DNA of 64,000 nucleotides from Eimeria praecox (taxonomy: Eukaryota). Location of the stretch: assembly GCA_963920595.1 (NCBI GenBank), contig OY986946.1:4712001-4776000 (forward strand). The letters are read 5' to 3'. Numbering within the stretch: the stretch's first letter is position 1; each line of letters opens with the position of its first letter. The position numbers and the translations under genes are program-made. Positions 14,670 to 30,600 of this stretch are shown one piece after another. Below the pieces are notes generated by a model. The model had not been told where the DNA came from, did not search any database, and saw only the letters and a program-made list of their open reading frames with translations.

Positions 14670-17600
14670 ACATACCCAGGCCGCTAAATGCCATCCAGCC
14701 ACGCAAACATACCCAACTACCTGCCACTAAACATGCAACGCGTGCACAGCGATTAAGCCTGTCCGACATCCTTATTACCAGCATTCAACGCACTTCCTCC
14801 TATACACAACCACCGACTCAACAACTCCTCCGTCATAACAACAAGCTGTCCACTGCAGCCTAGCCTGCCTCCACGCTAGACTCCTGCGTCATGTCGCTCC
14901 AGCACACAGGCACAATGTCGCAGATTCAACGCACGGCCTTCTGGAGACAGCCATCACCCAAATATTGGCGCCCCCAAATGCCAGAAACGTTCAATGAAAC
15001 GCAACATGCCTCCCACCCAGACCTGTCAAACCATACACTGCAGCACATTCACACTGTCCTAGCACCCTGCCCCATCCACTTGCTTCTTGACGCAGTTCCT
15101 CTGCAGTTGACCTCAGGCTCCACACACACTCGAACACCGCATCTCACCCTGCACATCACCTCTCCACCCTTCACACAACACACCACCTACTCCAACCTAG
15201 CATCTGCTGCGTGCGAAAACCTTCCCCTCCACAACCATAAAGCAAGTCAGAACACACATTGTCAATATAACATCCAGCATCCGAAGCCCCTCCATCGCCA
15301 CACCCTACCTCCCCCACATCGCCAATCGCGCAAACAGATGTCTTGCCGCACACACATACCCACGCCGCTAAATGCCATCCAGCCACGCCGACATACCCAA
15401 CTACCTGCCACTAAACATGCAAAGCGTGCACGACGATTAGGCCTGTCCGACATCCTTATTACCAGCATTCAACGCACTTCCTCCTATACACAACCACCGA
15501 CTCAACAACTCCTCCGTCCTAAAAACGGGCTGTCCACTGCAACCGAGCCTGCCTCCACGCTAGACTCCTGCATCATGTTGCTCCAGCACACAGGCACAAT
15601 GCCGCAGATTCAACGCACGGCCTTCTGGAGACAGCCATCACCCAAACATTGGCGCCCCCAAATGCCAGAAACGTTCAATGAAACGCAACATGCCTCCCAC
15701 CCAGACCTGTCAAACCATACACTGCAGCACATTCACACTGTCCTAGCACCCTGCCCCATCCACTTGCTTCTTGACGCAGTTCCTCTGCAGTTGACCTCAG
15801 GCTCCACACACACTCGAACACCGCATCTCACCCTGCACATCACCTCTCCACCCTTCACACAACACACCACCTACTCCAACCTAGCATCTGCTGCGTGCGA
15901 AATGCTTCCCCTCCACAACCATAAAGCAAGTCAGAACACACATTGTCAATATAACATCCAGCATCCGAAGCCCCTCCATCGCCACACCCTACCTCCCCCA
16001 CATCGCCAATCGCGCAAACAGATGTCTTGCCGCACACACATACCCACGCCGCTAAATGCCATCCAGCCACGCCGACATACCCAACTACCTGCCACTAAAC
16101 ATGCAAAGCGTGCACGACGATTACGCCTGTCCGACATCCTTATTACCAGCATTCAACGCACTTCCTCCTATACACAACCACCGACTCAACAACTCCTCCG
16201 TCCTAAAAACGGGCTGTCCACTGCAACCGAGCCTGCCTCCACGCTAGACTCCTGCATCATGTTGCTCCAGCACACAGGCACAATGTCGCAGATTCAACGC
16301 ACGGCCTTCTGGAGACAGCCATCACCCAAACATTGGCGCCCCCAAATGCCAGAAACGTTCAATGAAACGCAACATGCCTCCCACCCAGACCTGTCAAACC
16401 ATACACTGCAGCACATTCACACTGTCCTAACACCCTGCCCCATCCACTTGCTTCTTGACGCAGTTCCTCTGCAGTTGACCTCAGGTTCCACACACACTCG
16501 AACACCGCATCTCACCCTGCACATCACCTCTCCACCCTTCACACAACACACCACCTACTCCAACCTAGCATCTGCTGCGTGCGAAATGCTTCCCCTCCAC
16601 AACCATAAAGCAAGTCAGAACACACATTGTCAATATAACATCCAGCATCCGAAGCTCCTCCATCGCCACACCCTACCTCCCCCACATCGCCAATCGCGCA
16701 AACAGATGTCTTGCCGCACACACATACCCACGCCGCTAAATGCCATCCAGCCACGCCGACATACCCAACTACCTGCCACTAAACATGCAACGCGTGCACA
16801 GCGATTAAGCCTGTCCGACATCCTTATTACCAGCATTCAACACCCTTCCTCCTATACACAACCACCGACTCAACAGCTCCTCCGTCATAACAACGAGCTG
16901 TCTACTGCAACCGACCCTGCCTCCACGCTAGACTCCTGCGCCATGTTGCTCCAGCACACAGGCACAATGTCGCAGATTCAACGCACGGCCTTCTGGAGAC
17001 AGCCATCACCCAAACATTGGCGCCCCCAAATGCCAGAAACGTTCAATGAAACGCAACATGCCTCCCACCCAGACCTGTCAAACCATACACTGCAGCACAT
17101 TCACACTGTCCTAACACCCTGCTCCATCCACTTGCTTCTTGACGCAGTTCCTCTGCAGTTGACCTCAGGCTCCACACACACTCGAACACCGCATCTCATC
17201 CTGCACATCACCTCTCCACCCTTCACACAACACACCACCTACCCCAACCTAGCATCTGCTGCGTGCGAAATGCTTCCCCTCCACAACCATAAAGCAAGTC
17301 AGAACACACATTGTCAATATAACATCCAGCATCCGAAGCTCCTCCATCATCATACCCTATCTCCCCCACATCGCTAATCGCGCAAACAGATGTCTTGCCG
17401 CACACACATACCCAGGCCGCTAAATGCCATCCAGCCACGCAAACATACCCAACTACCTGCCACTAAACATGCAACGCGTGCACAGCGATTAAGCCTGTCC
17501 GACATCCTTATTACCAGCATTCAACGCACTTCCTCCTATACACAACCACCGACTCAACAACTCCTCCGTCATAACAACAAGCTGTCCACTGCAGCCTAGC

Positions 17601-20140
17601 CTGCCTCCACGCTAGACTCCTGCGTCATGTCGCTCCAGCACACAGGCACAATGCCGCAGATTCAACGCACGGCCTTCTGGAGACAGCCATCACCCAAATA
17701 TTGGCGCCCCCAAATGCCAGAAACGTTCAATGAAACGCAACATGCCTCCCACCCAGACCTGTCAAACCATACACTGCAGCACATTCACACTGTCCTAGCA
17801 CCCTGCCCCATCCACTTGCTTCTTGACGCAGTTCCTCTGCAGTTGACCTCAGGCTCCACACACACTCGAACACCGCATCTCACCCTGCACATCACCTCTC
17901 CACCCTTCACACAACACACCACCTACTCCAACCTAGCATCTGCTGCGTGCGAAAACCTTCCCCTCCACAACCATAAAGCAAGTCAGAACACACATTGTCA
18001 ATATAACATCCAGCATCCGAAGCCCCTCCATCGCCACACCCTACCTCCCCCACATCGCCAATCGCGCAAACAGATGTCTTGCCGCACACACATACCCACG
18101 CCGCTAAATGCCATCCAGCCACGCCGACATACCCAACTACCTGCCACTAAACATGCAAAGCGTGCACGACGATTAGGCCTGTCCGACATCCTTATTACCA
18201 GCATTCAACGCACTTCCTCCTATACACAACCACCGACTCAACAACTCCTCCGTCCTAAAAACGGGCTGTCCACTGCAACCGAGCCTGCCTCCACGCTAGA
18301 CTCCTGCATCATGTTGCTCCAGCACACAGGCACAATGTCGCAGATTCAACGCACGGCCTTCTGGAGACAGCCATCACCCAAACATTGGCGCCCCCAAATG
18401 CCAGAAACGTTCAATGAAACGCAACATGCCTCCCACCCAGACCTGTCAAACCATACACTGCAGCACATTCACACTGTCCTAGCACCCTGCCCCATCCACT
18501 TGCTTCTTGACGCAGTTCCTCTGCAGTTGACCTCAGGCTCCACACACACTCGAACACCGCATCTCACCCTGCACATCACCTCTCCACCCTTCACACAACA
18601 CACCACCTACTCCAACCTAGCATCTGCTGCGTGCGAAATGCTTCCCCTCCACAACCATAAAGCAAGTCAGAACACACATTGTCAATATAACATCCAGCAT
18701 CCGAAGCTCCTCCATCGCCACACCCTATCTCCCCCACATCGCCAACCGCGCAAACAGATGTCTTGCCGCACACACATACCCACGCCGCTAAATGCCATCC
18801 AGCCACGCCGACATACCCAACTACCTGCCACTAAACATGCAAAGCGTGCACGACGATTACGCCTGTCCGACATCCTTATTACCAGCATTCAACGCACTTC
18901 CTCCTATACACAACCACCGACTCAACAACTCCTCCGTCCTAAAAACGGGCTGTCCACTGCAACCGAGCCTGCCTCCACGCTAGACTCCTGCATCATGTTG
19001 CTCCAGCACACAGGCACAATGTCGCAGATTCAACGCACGGCCTTCTGGAGACAGCCATCACCCAAACATTGGCGCCCCCAAATGCCAGAAACGTTCAATG
19101 AAACGCAACATGCCTCCCACCCAGACCTGTCAAACCATACACTGCAGCACATTCACACTGTCCTAGCACCCTGCCCCATCCACTTGCTTCTTGACGCAGT
19201 TCCTCTGCAGTTGACCTCAGGTTCCACACACACTCGAACACCGCATCTCACCCTGCACATCACCTCTCCACCCTTCACACAACACACCACCTACTCCAAC
19301 CTAGCATCTGCTGCGTGCGAAATGCTTCCCCTCCACAACCATAAAGCAAGTCAGAACACACATTGTCAATATAACATCCAGCATCCGAAGCTCCTCCATC
19401 GCCACACCCTACCTCCCCCACATCGCCAATCGCGCAAACAGATGTCTTGCCGCACACACATACCCACGCCGCTAAATGCCATCCAGCCACGCCGACATAC
19501 CCAACTACCTGCCACTAAACATGCAACGCGTGCACAGCGATTAAGCCTGTCCGACATCCTTATTACCAGCATTCAACACCCTTCCTCCTATACACAACCA
19601 CCGACTCAACAGCTCCTCCGTCATAACAACGAGCTGTCTACTGCAACCGACCCTGCCTCCACGCTAGACTCCTGCGCCATGTTGCTCCAGCACACAGGCA
19701 CAATGTCGCAGATTCAACGCACGGCCTTCTGGAGACAGCCATCACCCAAACATTGGCGCCCCCAAATGCCAGAAACGTTCAATGAAACGCAACATGCCTC
19801 CCACCCAGACCTGTCAAACCATACACTGCAGCACATTCACACTGTCCTAACACCCTGCTCCATCCACTTGCTTCTTGACGCAGTTCCTCTGCAGTTGACC
19901 TCAGGCTCCACACACACTCGAACACCGCATCTCATCCTGCACATCACCTCTCCACCCTTCACACAACACACCACCTACCCCAACCTAGCATCTGCTGCGT
20001 GCGAAATGCTTCCCCTCCACAACCATAAAGCAAGTCAGAACACACATTGTCAATATAACATCCAGCATCCGAAGCTCCTCCATCATCATACCCTATCTCC
20101 CCCACATCGCTAATCGCGCAAACAGATGTCTTGCCGCACA
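14670..20140. repeat. 4-monomer (2736 bp) tandem sub-duplication nested in the 13-mer (repeated at ~27670-33140)
   Basis: Near-identical 828-aa ORFs at 14891..17377 and 17627..20113. TAG allele at 14863 and 17599. GAAAAC/AAGCCCCTC/TTAGGCC monomer at 14978 and 17714. Confidence 0.88.
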
Positions 20141-21650
20141 CACATACCCACGCCGCTAAATGCCATCCAGCCACGCAAACATACCCAACTACCTGCCACT
20201 AAACATGCAACGCGTGCACAGCGATTAAGCCTGTCCGACATCCTTATTACCAGCATTCAACGCACTTCCTCCTATACACAACCACCGACTCAACAGCTCC
20301 TCCGTCATAACAACGAGCTGTCTACTGCAACCGACCCTGCCTCCACGCTAGACTCCTGCGCCATGTTGCTCCAGCACACAGGCACAATGTCGCAGATTCA
20401 ACGCACGGCCTTCTGGAGACAGCCATCACCCAAACATTGGCGCCCCCAAATGCCAGAAACGTTCAATGAAACGCAACATGCCTCCCACCCAGACCTGTCA
20501 AACCATACACTGCAGCACATTCACACTGTCCTAACACCCTGCTCCATCCACTTGCTTCTTGACGCAGTTCCTCTGCAGTTGACCTCAGGCTCCACACACA
20601 CTCGAACACCGCATCTCATCCTGCACATCACCTCTCCACCCTTCACACAACACACCACCTACCCCAACCTAGCATCTGCTGCGTGCGAAATGCTTCCCCT
20701 CCACAACCATAAAGCAAGTCAGAACACACATTGTCAATATAACATCCAGCATCCGAAGCTCCTCCATCATCATACCCTATCTCCCCCACATCGCTAATCG
20801 CGCAAACAGATGTCTTGCCGCACACACATACCCACGCCGCTAAATGCCATCCAGCCACGCAAACATACCCAACTACCTGCCACTAAACATGCAACGCGTG
20901 CACAGCGATTAAGCCTGTCCGACATCCTTATTACCAGCATTCAACGCACTTCCTCCTATACACAACCACCGACTCAACAGCTCCTCCGTCATAACAACGA
21001 GCTGTCTACTGCAACCGACCCTGCCTCCACGCTAGACTCCTGCGCCATGTTGCTCCAGCACACAGGCACAATGTCGCAGATTCAACGCACGGCCTTCTGG
21101 AGACAGCCATCACCCAAACATTGGCGCCCCCAAATGCCAGAAACGTTCAATGAAACGCAACATGCCTCCCACCCAGACCTGTCAAACCATACACTGCAGC
21201 ACATTCACACTGTCCTAACACCCTGCTCCATCCACTTGCTTCTTGACGCAGTTCCTCTGCAGTTGACCTCAGGCTCCACACACACTCGAACACCGCATCT
21301 CATCCTGCACATCACCTCTCCACCCTTCACACAACACACCACCTACCCCAACCTAGCATCTGCTGCGTGCGAAATGCTTCCCCTCCACAACCATAAAGCA
21401 AGTCAGAACACACATTGTCAATATAACATCCAGCATCCGAAGCTCCTCCATCATCATACCCTATCTCCCCCACATCGCTAATCGCGCAAACAGATGTCTT
21501 GCCGCACACACATACCCACGCCGCTAAATGCCATCCAGCCACGCAAACATACCCAACTACCTGCCACTAAACATGCAACGCGTGCACAGCGATTAAGCCT
21601 GTCCGACATCCTTATTACCAGCATTCAACGCACTTCCTCCTATACACAAC
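19600..21650. repeat. Single-monomer triplication (repeated at ~32600-34650)
   Basis: CGCTAA allele at 20113, 20797, 21481 with linked CAACAGCTC and TGTCTACTG alleles. Identical 223-aa ORFs at 20126 and 20810. Confidence 0.88.
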
Positions 21651-24600
21651 CACCGACTCAACAACTCCTCCGTCATAAAAACGAGCTGTCCACTGCAACC
21701 GACCCTGCCTCAACGCTAGACTCCTGCGCCATGCTGCTCCAGCACACAGGCACAATGTCGCAGATTCAACGCACGGCCTTCTGGAGACAGCCATCACCCA
21801 AACATTGGCGCCCCCAAATGCCAGAAACGTTCAATGAAACGCAACACGCCTCCCACCCAGACCTGTCAAACCATACACTGCAGCACATTCACACTGTCCT
21901 AGCACCCTGCTCCATCCACTTGCTTCTTGACGCAGTTCCTCTGCAGTTGACCTCAGGCTCCACACACACTCGAACACCGCATCTCACCCTGCACATCACC
22001 TCTCCACCCTTCACACAACACACCACCTACCCCAACCTAGCACCCGCTGCGACCGAAACGCTTCCCCTCCACAACCATAAAGCAAGTCAGAACACACATT
22101 GTCAATATAACATCCAGCATCCGAAGCTCCTCCATCGCCACACCCTACCTCCCCCACATCGCCAATCGCGCAAACAGATGTCTTGCCGCACACACATACC
22201 CACGCCGCTAAATGCCATCCAGCCACGCAAACATACCCAACTACCTGCCACTAAACATGCAACGCGTGCACAGCGATTAAGCCTGTCCGACATCCTTATT
22301 ACCAGCATTCAACACCCTTCCTCCTATACACAACCACCGACTCAACAACTCCTCCGTGCTAAAAACGAGCTGTCCACTGCAACCGACCCTGCCTCCACGC
22401 TAGACTCCTGCATCATGTTGCTCCAGCACACAGGCACAATGTCGCAGATTCAACGCACGGCCTTCTGGAGACAGCCATCACCCAAACATTGGCGCCCCCA
22501 AATGCCAGAAACGTTCAATGAAACGCAACATGCCTCCCACCCAGACCTGTCAAACCATACACTGCAGCACATTCACACTGTCCTAGCACCCTGCTCCATC
22601 CACTTGCTTCTTGACGCAGTTCCTCTGCAGTTGACCTCAGGCTCCACACACACTCGAACACCGCATCTCACCCTGCACATCACCTCTCCACCCTTCACAC
22701 AACACACCACCTACTCCAACCTAGCATCTGCTGCGTGCGAAATGCTTCCCCTCCACAACCATAAAGCAAGTCAGAACACACATTGTCAATATAACATCCA
22801 GCATCCGAAGCTCCTCCATCGCCACACCCTACCTCCCTCACATCGCCAACCGCGCAAACAGATGTCTTGCCGCACACACATACCCACGCCGCTAAATGCC
22901 ATTCAGCCACGCAAACATACCCAACTACCTGCCACTAAACATGCAAAGCGTGCACGACGATTACGCCTGTCCGACATCCTTATTACCAGCATTCAACGCA
23001 CTTCCTCCTATACACAACCACCGACTCAACAACTCCTCCGTCCTAAAAACGAGCTGTCCACTGCAACCGAGCCTGCCTCAACGCTAGACTCCTGCATCAT
23101 GTTGCTCCAGCACACAGGCACAATGTCGCAGATTCAACGCACGGCCTTCTGGAGACAGCCATCACCCAAACATTGGCGCCCCCAAATGCCAGAAACGTTC
23201 AATGAAACGCAACATGCCTCCCACCCAGACCTGTCAAACCATACACTGCAGCACATTCACACTGTCCTAACACCCTGCCCCATCCACTTGCTTCTTGACG
23301 CAGTTCCTCTGCAGTTGACCTCAGGCTCCACACACACTCGAACACCGCATCTCACCCTGCACATCACCTCTCCACCCTTCACACAACACACCACCTACTC
23401 CAACCTAGCATCTGCTGCGTGCGAAATCCTTCCCCTCCACAACCATAAAGCAAGTCAGAACACACATTGTCAATATAACATCCAGCATCCGAAGCTCCTC
23501 CATCGCCACACCCTACCTCCCCCACATCGCCAATCGCGCAAACAGATGTCTTGCCGCACACACATACCCAGGCCGCTAAATGCCATCCAGCCACGCAAAC
23601 ATACCCAACTACCTGCCACTAAACATGCAACGCGTGCACAGCGATTAAGCCTGTCCGACATCCTTATTACCAGCATTCAACGCACTTCCTCCTATACACA
23701 ACCACCGACTCAACAACTCCTCCGTCATAACAACAAGCTGTCCACTGCAGCCTAGCCTGCCTCCACGCTAGACTCCTGCGTCATGTCGCTCCAGCACACA
23801 GGCACAATGTCGCAGATTCAACGCACGGCCTTCTGGAGACAGCCATCACCCAAATATTGGCGCCCCCAAATGCCAGAAACGTTCAATGAAACGCAACATG
23901 CCTCCCACCCAGACCTGTCAAACCATACACTGCAGCACATTCACACTGTCCTAGCACCCTGCCCCATCCACTTGCTTCTTGACGCAGTTCCTCTGCAGTT
24001 GACCTCAGGCTCCACACACACTCGAACACCGCATCTCACCCTGCACATCACCTCTCCACCCTTCACACAACACACCACCTACTCCAACCTAGCATCTGCT
24101 GCGTGCGAAAACCTTCCCCTCCACAACCATAAAGCAAGTCAGAACACACATTGTCAATATAACATCCAGCATCCGAAGCCCCTCCATCGCCACACCCTAC
24201 CTCCCCCACATCGCCAATCGCGCAAACAGATGTCTTGCCGCACACACATACCCACGCCGCTAAATGCCATCCAGCCACGCCGACATACCCAACTACCTGC
24301 CACTAAACATGCAAAGCGTGCACGACGATTAGGCCTGTCCGACATCCTTATTACCAGCATTCAACGCACTTCCTCCTATACACAACCACCGACTCAACAA
24401 CTCCTCCGTCCTAAAAACGGGCTGTCCACTGCAACCGAGCCTGCCTCCACGCTAGACTCCTGCATCATGTTGCTCCAGCACACAGGCACAATGCCGCAGA
24501 TTCAACGCACGGCCTTCTGGAGACAGCCATCACCCAAACATTGGCGCCCCCAAATGCCAGAAACGTTCAATGAAACGCAACATGCCTCCCACCCAGACCT

Positions 24601-27600
24601 GTCAAACCATACACTGCAGCACATTCACACTGTCCTAGCACCCTGCCCCATCCACTTGCTTCTTGACGCAGTTCCTCTGCAGTTGACCTCAGGCTCCACA
24701 CACACTCGAACACCGCATCTCACCCTGCACATCACCTCTCCACCCTTCACACAACACACCACCTACTCCAACCTAGCATCTGCTGCGTGCGAAATGCTTC
24801 CCCTCCACAACCATAAAGCAAGTCAGAACACACATTGTCAATATAACATCCAGCATCCGAAGCCCCTCCATCGCCACACCCTACCTCCCCCACATCGCCA
24901 ATCGCGCAAACAGATGTCTTGCCGCACACACATACCCACGCCGCTAAATGCCATCCAGCCACGCCGACATACCCAACTACCTGCCACTAAACATGCAAAG
25001 CGTGCACGACGATTACGCCTGTCCGACATCCTTATTACCAGCATTCAACGCACTTCCTCCTATACACAACCACCGACTCAACAACTCCTCCGTCCTAAAA
25101 ACGGGCTGTCCACTGCAACCGAGCCTGCCTCCACGCTAGACTCCTGCATCATGTTGCTCCAGCACACAGGCACAATGTCGCAGATTCAACGCACGGCCTT
25201 CTGGAGACAGCCATCACCCAAACATTGGCGCCCCCAAATGCCAGAAACGTTCAATGAAACGCAACATGCCTCCCACCCAGACCTGTCAAACCATACACTG
25301 CAGCACATTCACACTGTCCTAACACCCTGCCCCATCCACTTGCTTCTTGACGCAGTTCCTCTGCAGTTGACCTCAGGTTCCACACACACTCGAACACCGC
25401 ATCTCACCCTGCACATCACCTCTCCACCCTTCACACAACACACCACCTACTCCAACCTAGCATCTGCTGCGTGCGAAATGCTTCCCCTCCACAACCATAA
25501 AGCAAGTCAGAACACACATTGTCAATATAACATCCAGCATCCGAAGCTCCTCCATCGCCACACCCTACCTCCCCCACATCGCCAATCGCGCAAACAGATG
25601 TCTTGCCGCACACACATACCCACGCCGCTAAATGCCATCCAGCCACGCCGACATACCCAACTACCTGCCACTAAACATGCAACGCGTGCACAGCGATTAA
25701 GCCTGTCCGACATCCTTATTACCAGCATTCAACACCCTTCCTCCTATACACAACCACCGACTCAACAGCTCCTCCGTCATAACAACGAGCTGTCTACTGC
25801 AACCGACCCTGCCTCCACGCTAGACTCCTGCGCCATGTTGCTCCAGCACACAGGCACAATGTCGCAGATTCAACGCACGGCCTTCTGGAGACAGCCATCA
25901 CCCAAACATTGGCGCCCCCAAATGCCAGAAACGTTCAATGAAACGCAACATGCCTCCCACCCAGACCTGTCAAACCATACACTGCAGCACATTCACACTG
26001 TCCTAACACCCTGCTCCATCCACTTGCTTCTTGACGCAGTTCCTCTGCAGTTGACCTCAGGCTCCACACACACTCGAACACCGCATCTCATCCTGCACAT
26101 CACCTCTCCACCCTTCACACAACACACCACCTACCCCAACCTAGCACCCGCTGCGACCGAAACGCTTCCCCTCCACAACCATAAAGCAAGTCAGAACACA
26201 CATTGTCAATATAACATCCAGCATCCGAAGCTCCTCCATCGCCACACCCTACCTCCCCCACATCGCCAATCGCGCAAACAGATGTCTTGCCGCACACACA
26301 TACCCACGCCGCTAAATGCCATCCAGCCACGCAAACATACCCAACTACCTGCCACTAAACATGCAACGCGTGCACAGCGATTAAGCCTGTCCGACATCCT
26401 TATTACCAGCATTCAACACCCTTCCTCCTATACACAACCACCGACTCAACAACTCCTCCGTGCTAAAAACGAGCTGTCCACTGCAACCGACCCTGCCTCC
26501 ACGCTAGACTCCTGCATCATGTTGCTCCAGCACACAGGCACAATGTCGCAGATTCAACGCACGGCCTTCTGGAGACAGCCATCACCCAAACATTGGCGCC
26601 CCCAAATGCCAGAAACGTTCAATGAAACGCAACATGCCTCCCACCCAGACCTGTCAAACCATACACTGCAGCACATTCACACTGTCCTAGCACCCTGCTC
26701 CATCCACTTGCTTCTTGACGCAGTTCCTCTGCAGTTGACCTCAGGCTCCACACACACTCGAACACCGCATCTCACCCTGCACATCACCTCTCCACCCTTC
26801 ACACAACACACCACCTACTCCAACCTAGCATCTGCTGCGTGCGAAATGCTTCCCCTCCACAACCATAAAGCAAGTCAGAACACACATTGTCAATATAACA
26901 TCCAGCATCCGAAGCTCCTCCATCGCCACACCCTACCTCCCTCACATCGCCAACCGCGCAAACAGATGTCTTGCCGCACACACATACCCACGCCGCTAAA
27001 TGCCATTCAGCCACGCAAACATACCCAACTACCTGCCACTAAACATGCAAAGCGTGCACGACGATTACGCCTGTCCGACATCCTTATTACCAGCATTCAA
27101 CGCACTTCCTCCTATACACAACCACCGACTCAACAACTCCTCCGTCCTAAAAACGAGCTGTCCACTGCAACCGAGCCTGCCTCAACGCTAGACTCCTGCA
27201 TCATGTTGCTCCAGCACACAGGCACAATGTCGCAGATTCAACGCACGGCCTTCTGGAGACAGCCATCACCCAAACATTGGCGCCCCCAAATGCCAGAAAC
27301 GTTCAATGAAACGCAACATGCCTCCCACCCAGACCTGTCAAACCATACACTGCAGCACATTCACACTGTCCTAACACCCTGCCCCATCCACTTGCTTCTT
27401 GACGCAGTTCCTCTGCAGTTGACCTCAGGCTCCACACACACTCGAACACCGCATCTCACCCTGCACATCACCTCTCCACCCTTCACACAACACACCACCT
27501 ACTCCAACCTAGCATCTGCTGCGTGCGAAATCCTTCCCCTCCACAACCATAAAGCAAGTCAGAACACACATTGTCAATATAACATCCAGCATCCGAAGCT

Positions 27601-30600
27601 CCTCCATCGCCACACCCTACCTCCCCCACATCGCCAATCGCGCAAACAGATGTCTTGCCGCACACACATACCCAGGCCGCTAAATGCCATCCAGCCACGC
27701 AAACATACCCAACTACCTGCCACTAAACATGCAACGCGTGCACAGCGATTAAGCCTGTCCGACATCCTTATTACCAGCATTCAACGCACTTCCTCCTATA
27801 CACAACCACCGACTCAACAACTCCTCCGTCATAACAACAAGCTGTCCACTGCAGCCTAGCCTGCCTCCACGCTAGACTCCTGCGTCATGTCGCTCCAGCA
27901 CACAGGCACAATGTCGCAGATTCAACGCACGGCCTTCTGGAGACAGCCATCACCCAAATATTGGCGCCCCCAAATGCCAGAAACGTTCAATGAAACGCAA
28001 CATGCCTCCCACCCAGACCTGTCAAACCATACACTGCAGCACATTCACACTGTCCTAGCACCCTGCCCCATCCACTTGCTTCTTGACGCAGTTCCTCTGC
28101 AGTTGACCTCAGGCTCCACACACACTCGAACACCGCATCTCACCCTGCACATCACCTCTCCACCCTTCACACAACACACCACCTACTCCAACCTAGCATC
28201 TGCTGCGTGCGAAAACCTTCCCCTCCACAACCATAAAGCAAGTCAGAACACACATTGTCAATATAACATCCAGCATCCGAAGCCCCTCCATCGCCACACC
28301 CTACCTCCCCCACATCGCCAATCGCGCAAACAGATGTCTTGCCGCACACACATACCCACGCCGCTAAATGCCATCCAGCCACGCCGACATACCCAACTAC
28401 CTGCCACTAAACATGCAAAGCGTGCACGACGATTAGGCCTGTCCGACATCCTTATTACCAGCATTCAACGCACTTCCTCCTATACACAACCACCGACTCA
28501 ACAACTCCTCCGTCCTAAAAACGGGCTGTCCACTGCAACCGAGCCTGCCTCCACGCTAGACTCCTGCATCATGTTGCTCCAGCACACAGGCACAATGCCG
28601 CAGATTCAACGCACGGCCTTCTGGAGACAGCCATCACCCAAACATTGGCGCCCCCAAATGCCAGAAACGTTCAATGAAACGCAACATGCCTCCCACCCAG
28701 ACCTGTCAAACCATACACTGCAGCACATTCACACTGTCCTAGCACCCTGCCCCATCCACTTGCTTCTTGACGCAGTTCCTCTGCAGTTGACCTCAGGCTC
28801 CACACACACTCGAACACCGCATCTCACCCTGCACATCACCTCTCCACCCTTCACACAACACACCACCTACTCCAACCTAGCATCTGCTGCGTGCGAAATG
28901 CTTCCCCTCCACAACCATAAAGCAAGTCAGAACACACATTGTCAATATAACATCCAGCATCCGAAGCCCCTCCATCGCCACACCCTACCTCCCCCACATC
29001 GCCAATCGCGCAAACAGATGTCTTGCCGCACACACATACCCACGCCGCTAAATGCCATCCAGCCACGCCGACATACCCAACTACCTGCCACTAAACATGC
29101 AAAGCGTGCACGACGATTACGCCTGTCCGACATCCTTATTACCAGCATTCAACGCACTTCCTCCTATACACAACCACCGACTCAACAACTCCTCCGTCCT
29201 AAAAACGGGCTGTCCACTGCAACCGAGCCTGCCTCCACGCTAGACTCCTGCATCATGTTGCTCCAGCACACAGGCACAATGTCGCAGATTCAACGCACGG
29301 CCTTCTGGAGACAGCCATCACCCAAACATTGGCGCCCCCAAATGCCAGAAACGTTCAATGAAACGCAACATGCCTCCCACCCAGACCTGTCAAACCATAC
29401 ACTGCAGCACATTCACACTGTCCTAACACCCTGCCCCATCCACTTGCTTCTTGACGCAGTTCCTCTGCAGTTGACCTCAGGTTCCACACACACTCGAACA
29501 CCGCATCTCACCCTGCACATCACCTCTCCACCCTTCACACAACACACCACCTACTCCAACCTAGCATCTGCTGCGTGCGAAATGCTTCCCCTCCACAACC
29601 ATAAAGCAAGTCAGAACACACATTGTCAATATAACATCCAGCATCCGAAGCTCCTCCATCGCCACACCCTACCTCCCCCACATCGCCAATCGCGCAAACA
29701 GATGTCTTGCCGCACACACATACCCACGCCGCTAAATGCCATCCAGCCACGCCGACATACCCAACTACCTGCCACTAAACATGCAACGCGTGCACAGCGA
29801 TTAAGCCTGTCCGACATCCTTATTACCAGCATTCAACACCCTTCCTCCTATACACAACCACCGACTCAACAGCTCCTCCGTCATAACAACGAGCTGTCTA
29901 CTGCAACCGACCCTGCCTCCACGCTAGACTCCTGCGCCATGTTGCTCCAGCACACAGGCACAATGTCGCAGATTCAACGCACGGCCTTCTGGAGACAGCC
30001 ATCACCCAAACATTGGCGCCCCCAAATGCCAGAAACGTTCAATGAAACGCAACATGCCTCCCACCCAGACCTGTCAAACCATACACTGCAGCACATTCAC
30101 ACTGTCCTAACACCCTGCTCCATCCACTTGCTTCTTGACGCAGTTCCTCTGCAGTTGACCTCAGGCTCCACACACACTCGAACACCGCATCTCATCCTGC
30201 ACATCACCTCTCCACCCTTCACACAACACACCACCTACCCCAACCTAGCATCTGCTGCGTGCGAAATGCTTCCCCTCCACAACCATAAAGCAAGTCAGAA
30301 CACACATTGTCAATATAACATCCAGCATCCGAAGCTCCTCCATCATCATACCCTATCTCCCCCACATCGCTAATCGCGCAAACAGATGTCTTGCCGCACA
30401 CACATACCCAGGCCGCTAAATGCCATCCAGCCACGCAAACATACCCAACTACCTGCCACTAAACATGCAACGCGTGCACAGCGATTAAGCCTGTCCGACA
30501 TCCTTATTACCAGCATTCAACGCACTTCCTCCTATACACAACCACCGACTCAACAACTCCTCCGTCATAACAACAAGCTGTCCACTGCAGCCTAGCCTGC

